From NCBI GenBank assembly GCA_001179505.1, contig CDMY01000468.1:6649-70648 (forward strand): 64,000 nt of DNA. The letters are read 5' to 3'. The notes under the pieces are model-generated. The model did not search any database. It was not told where the DNA came from and saw only the letters and a list, made by a program, of their open reading frames with translations. This DNA comes from Vitrella brassicaformis CCMP3155 (lineage: Eukaryota; Protista; Chromerida). Positions 62,880 to 64,000 of this stretch are shown here, one piece after another; positions within the stretch are counted from its first letter, which is position 1; each line of letters begins with the position of its first letter. A program made the translations under genes and the position numbers.

Positions 62880-64000
62880 AACCCGAAACCCTGGAAACAC
62901 CGCTGCACGGTGCTGCGGAGGGTGGTTGTGACGATGGTGGTGGTCATCTGCCATCGACGAGGTGGGCATTGATGTTCTCCAGATCTGCAGATGATGCACC
63001 GACAGCCGTGATGATGTGCTCCCGTGAGTCTCCCGTGAGGTCTCAACATACTGGCGGCATGCTACTGAGGAGGGTAACTGACAGGCACTGCCACTGGCTG
63101 GCTGGCTGCTCATCTCACCTCCCTGCCATCGATTGGATGGCTGGTGCTGTCTGTCTGTCGTTGGTGCTGTTTGGTGCAGGTACTTCCCCTTGCTGTGGAC
63201 GGCAGTCCAGGACGGAGGCCTCGCGAGGCTGCAGGCACGCACACGCACAGCATCGCGGGGGGTGCATTTGTTCTTCATCTGTTCGTATGTGTGTGGGGGT
63301 GGTGCGTCACAACTTCAGGTGTACTTCGTCGGCGGCGGAGGCGCCCGGTGAATGACCGGTAGACCGCCACGGGCAACTAGAGGGTGCATTTGAGCCTTCC
63401 GTGTCATTGAGTGCGATGACTGTAGGCGTGTTGCCGTCCAAGGGGCTCGGGGCACCCTCCCGGACGATGGCAATTGGACGATGGGGGTGGTCATCGGCCA
63501 TCGGGGGGGTGGCCATTTCATGTTGCAGATGCTACTCCGACAGCCGTGATTATGTGCAGCATTGAGGTAGGCTGCCAGTTGGCTGCACGCACACACGTAG
63601 CATTGCGGGGGTACATTCCTTTGGTGTATCTATCAACAGATGATATCATCTGTTCGTGTGTGTGGTGCCTCAGGACTTTAGCTTTGCTTCGTCGGCGGCC
63701 GATGAGGCGCCTCGGCGGAGGGAAGCCCTGCATGAGGTATACCGCTACGGGCAACTGGAGGGTGCATTTGAGCCTTCCGTGTCATTGAGGCTGGGTGCGA
63801 TGGCTGCAGGTGTGCTGCCGTCCACTGCAAGGGGCTCGTGGCCCCCTGATTCATGCTCTCCAGCTGATGTGGCGGTCACGTGGCGGTGAGGTAGGCCGCA
63901 GGCACTGCACGCTGCACGCACGAGCACAGCATCGCGGGGGGTGCATTCCTTCATCATCTGTTCGTCTGTGTATGTCTGTCGTGCGTCGTAACTTCAGGTT
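62880..64000. repeat. Degenerate tandem array, unit ~330-380 bp, about 3 copies, running off the window
   Basis: cagcatcgcggggggtgcatt..catctgttcgt..aacttcaggt at ~63250, ~63600 and ~63928; acgggcaact(a/g)gagggtgcatttgagccttccgtgtcattgag at ~63370 and ~63745; cgacagccgtgat at ~63000 and ~63540. Confidence 0.8.

Noticed and set aside
1-64000. Hundreds of ORFs rich in HTHTHT, CVCVCV, ERERER, TDRQTDRQ, SIHPSIHP
   Set aside because: These are translations of intronic (CA)n/(GA)n/(GACA)n/(CCAT)n microsatellites, not proteins.
46070-64000. Repeat arrays as possible CRISPR
   Set aside because: There are no constant short repeats with unique equal-length spacers and no cas genes, and the context is eukaryotic.

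Overview
Intron-rich, GC-rich eukaryotic nuclear DNA. Short GT-AG introns are packed with (CA)n/(GA)n/(GACA)n/(GGAT)n microsatellites, and two genes carry bipartite plastid-targeting leaders. This signature points to a chromerid alga such as Vitrella brassicaformis (inferred, not verified). Recognisable genes: DUF819 membrane protein, EMC4, an MLO-like protein with EF-hands, THF1/Psb29, a KHDC4/RIK-type KH protein, a rhodanese plus pseudo-dual-specificity-phosphatase protein, AMMECR1, tRNA-Ser(GCT), three members of lineage-expanded families and several hypotheticals. About 26.4-32.7 kb looks like a decayed island with GRF-finger and GIY-YIG-like remnants. The most striking region is 49.3-62.0 kb on the minus strand. 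An otubain-type OTU, RING-like fingers, a Pro-rich/coiled-coil linker and an eIF4G2/DAP5-like W2 domain are followed by a half CHAT (caspase-like) domain, an ATG2-like C-terminal fragment and a Walker-A-less NB-ARC/winged-helix (NLR-like) module. This block is tandemly re-duplicated 3-4 times with copy-specific deletions. There are four ~300-N assembly gaps, two of them inside that locus. All domain calls are by manual motif recognition with no database searches, and exon boundaries are hand-derived and approximate unless stated.
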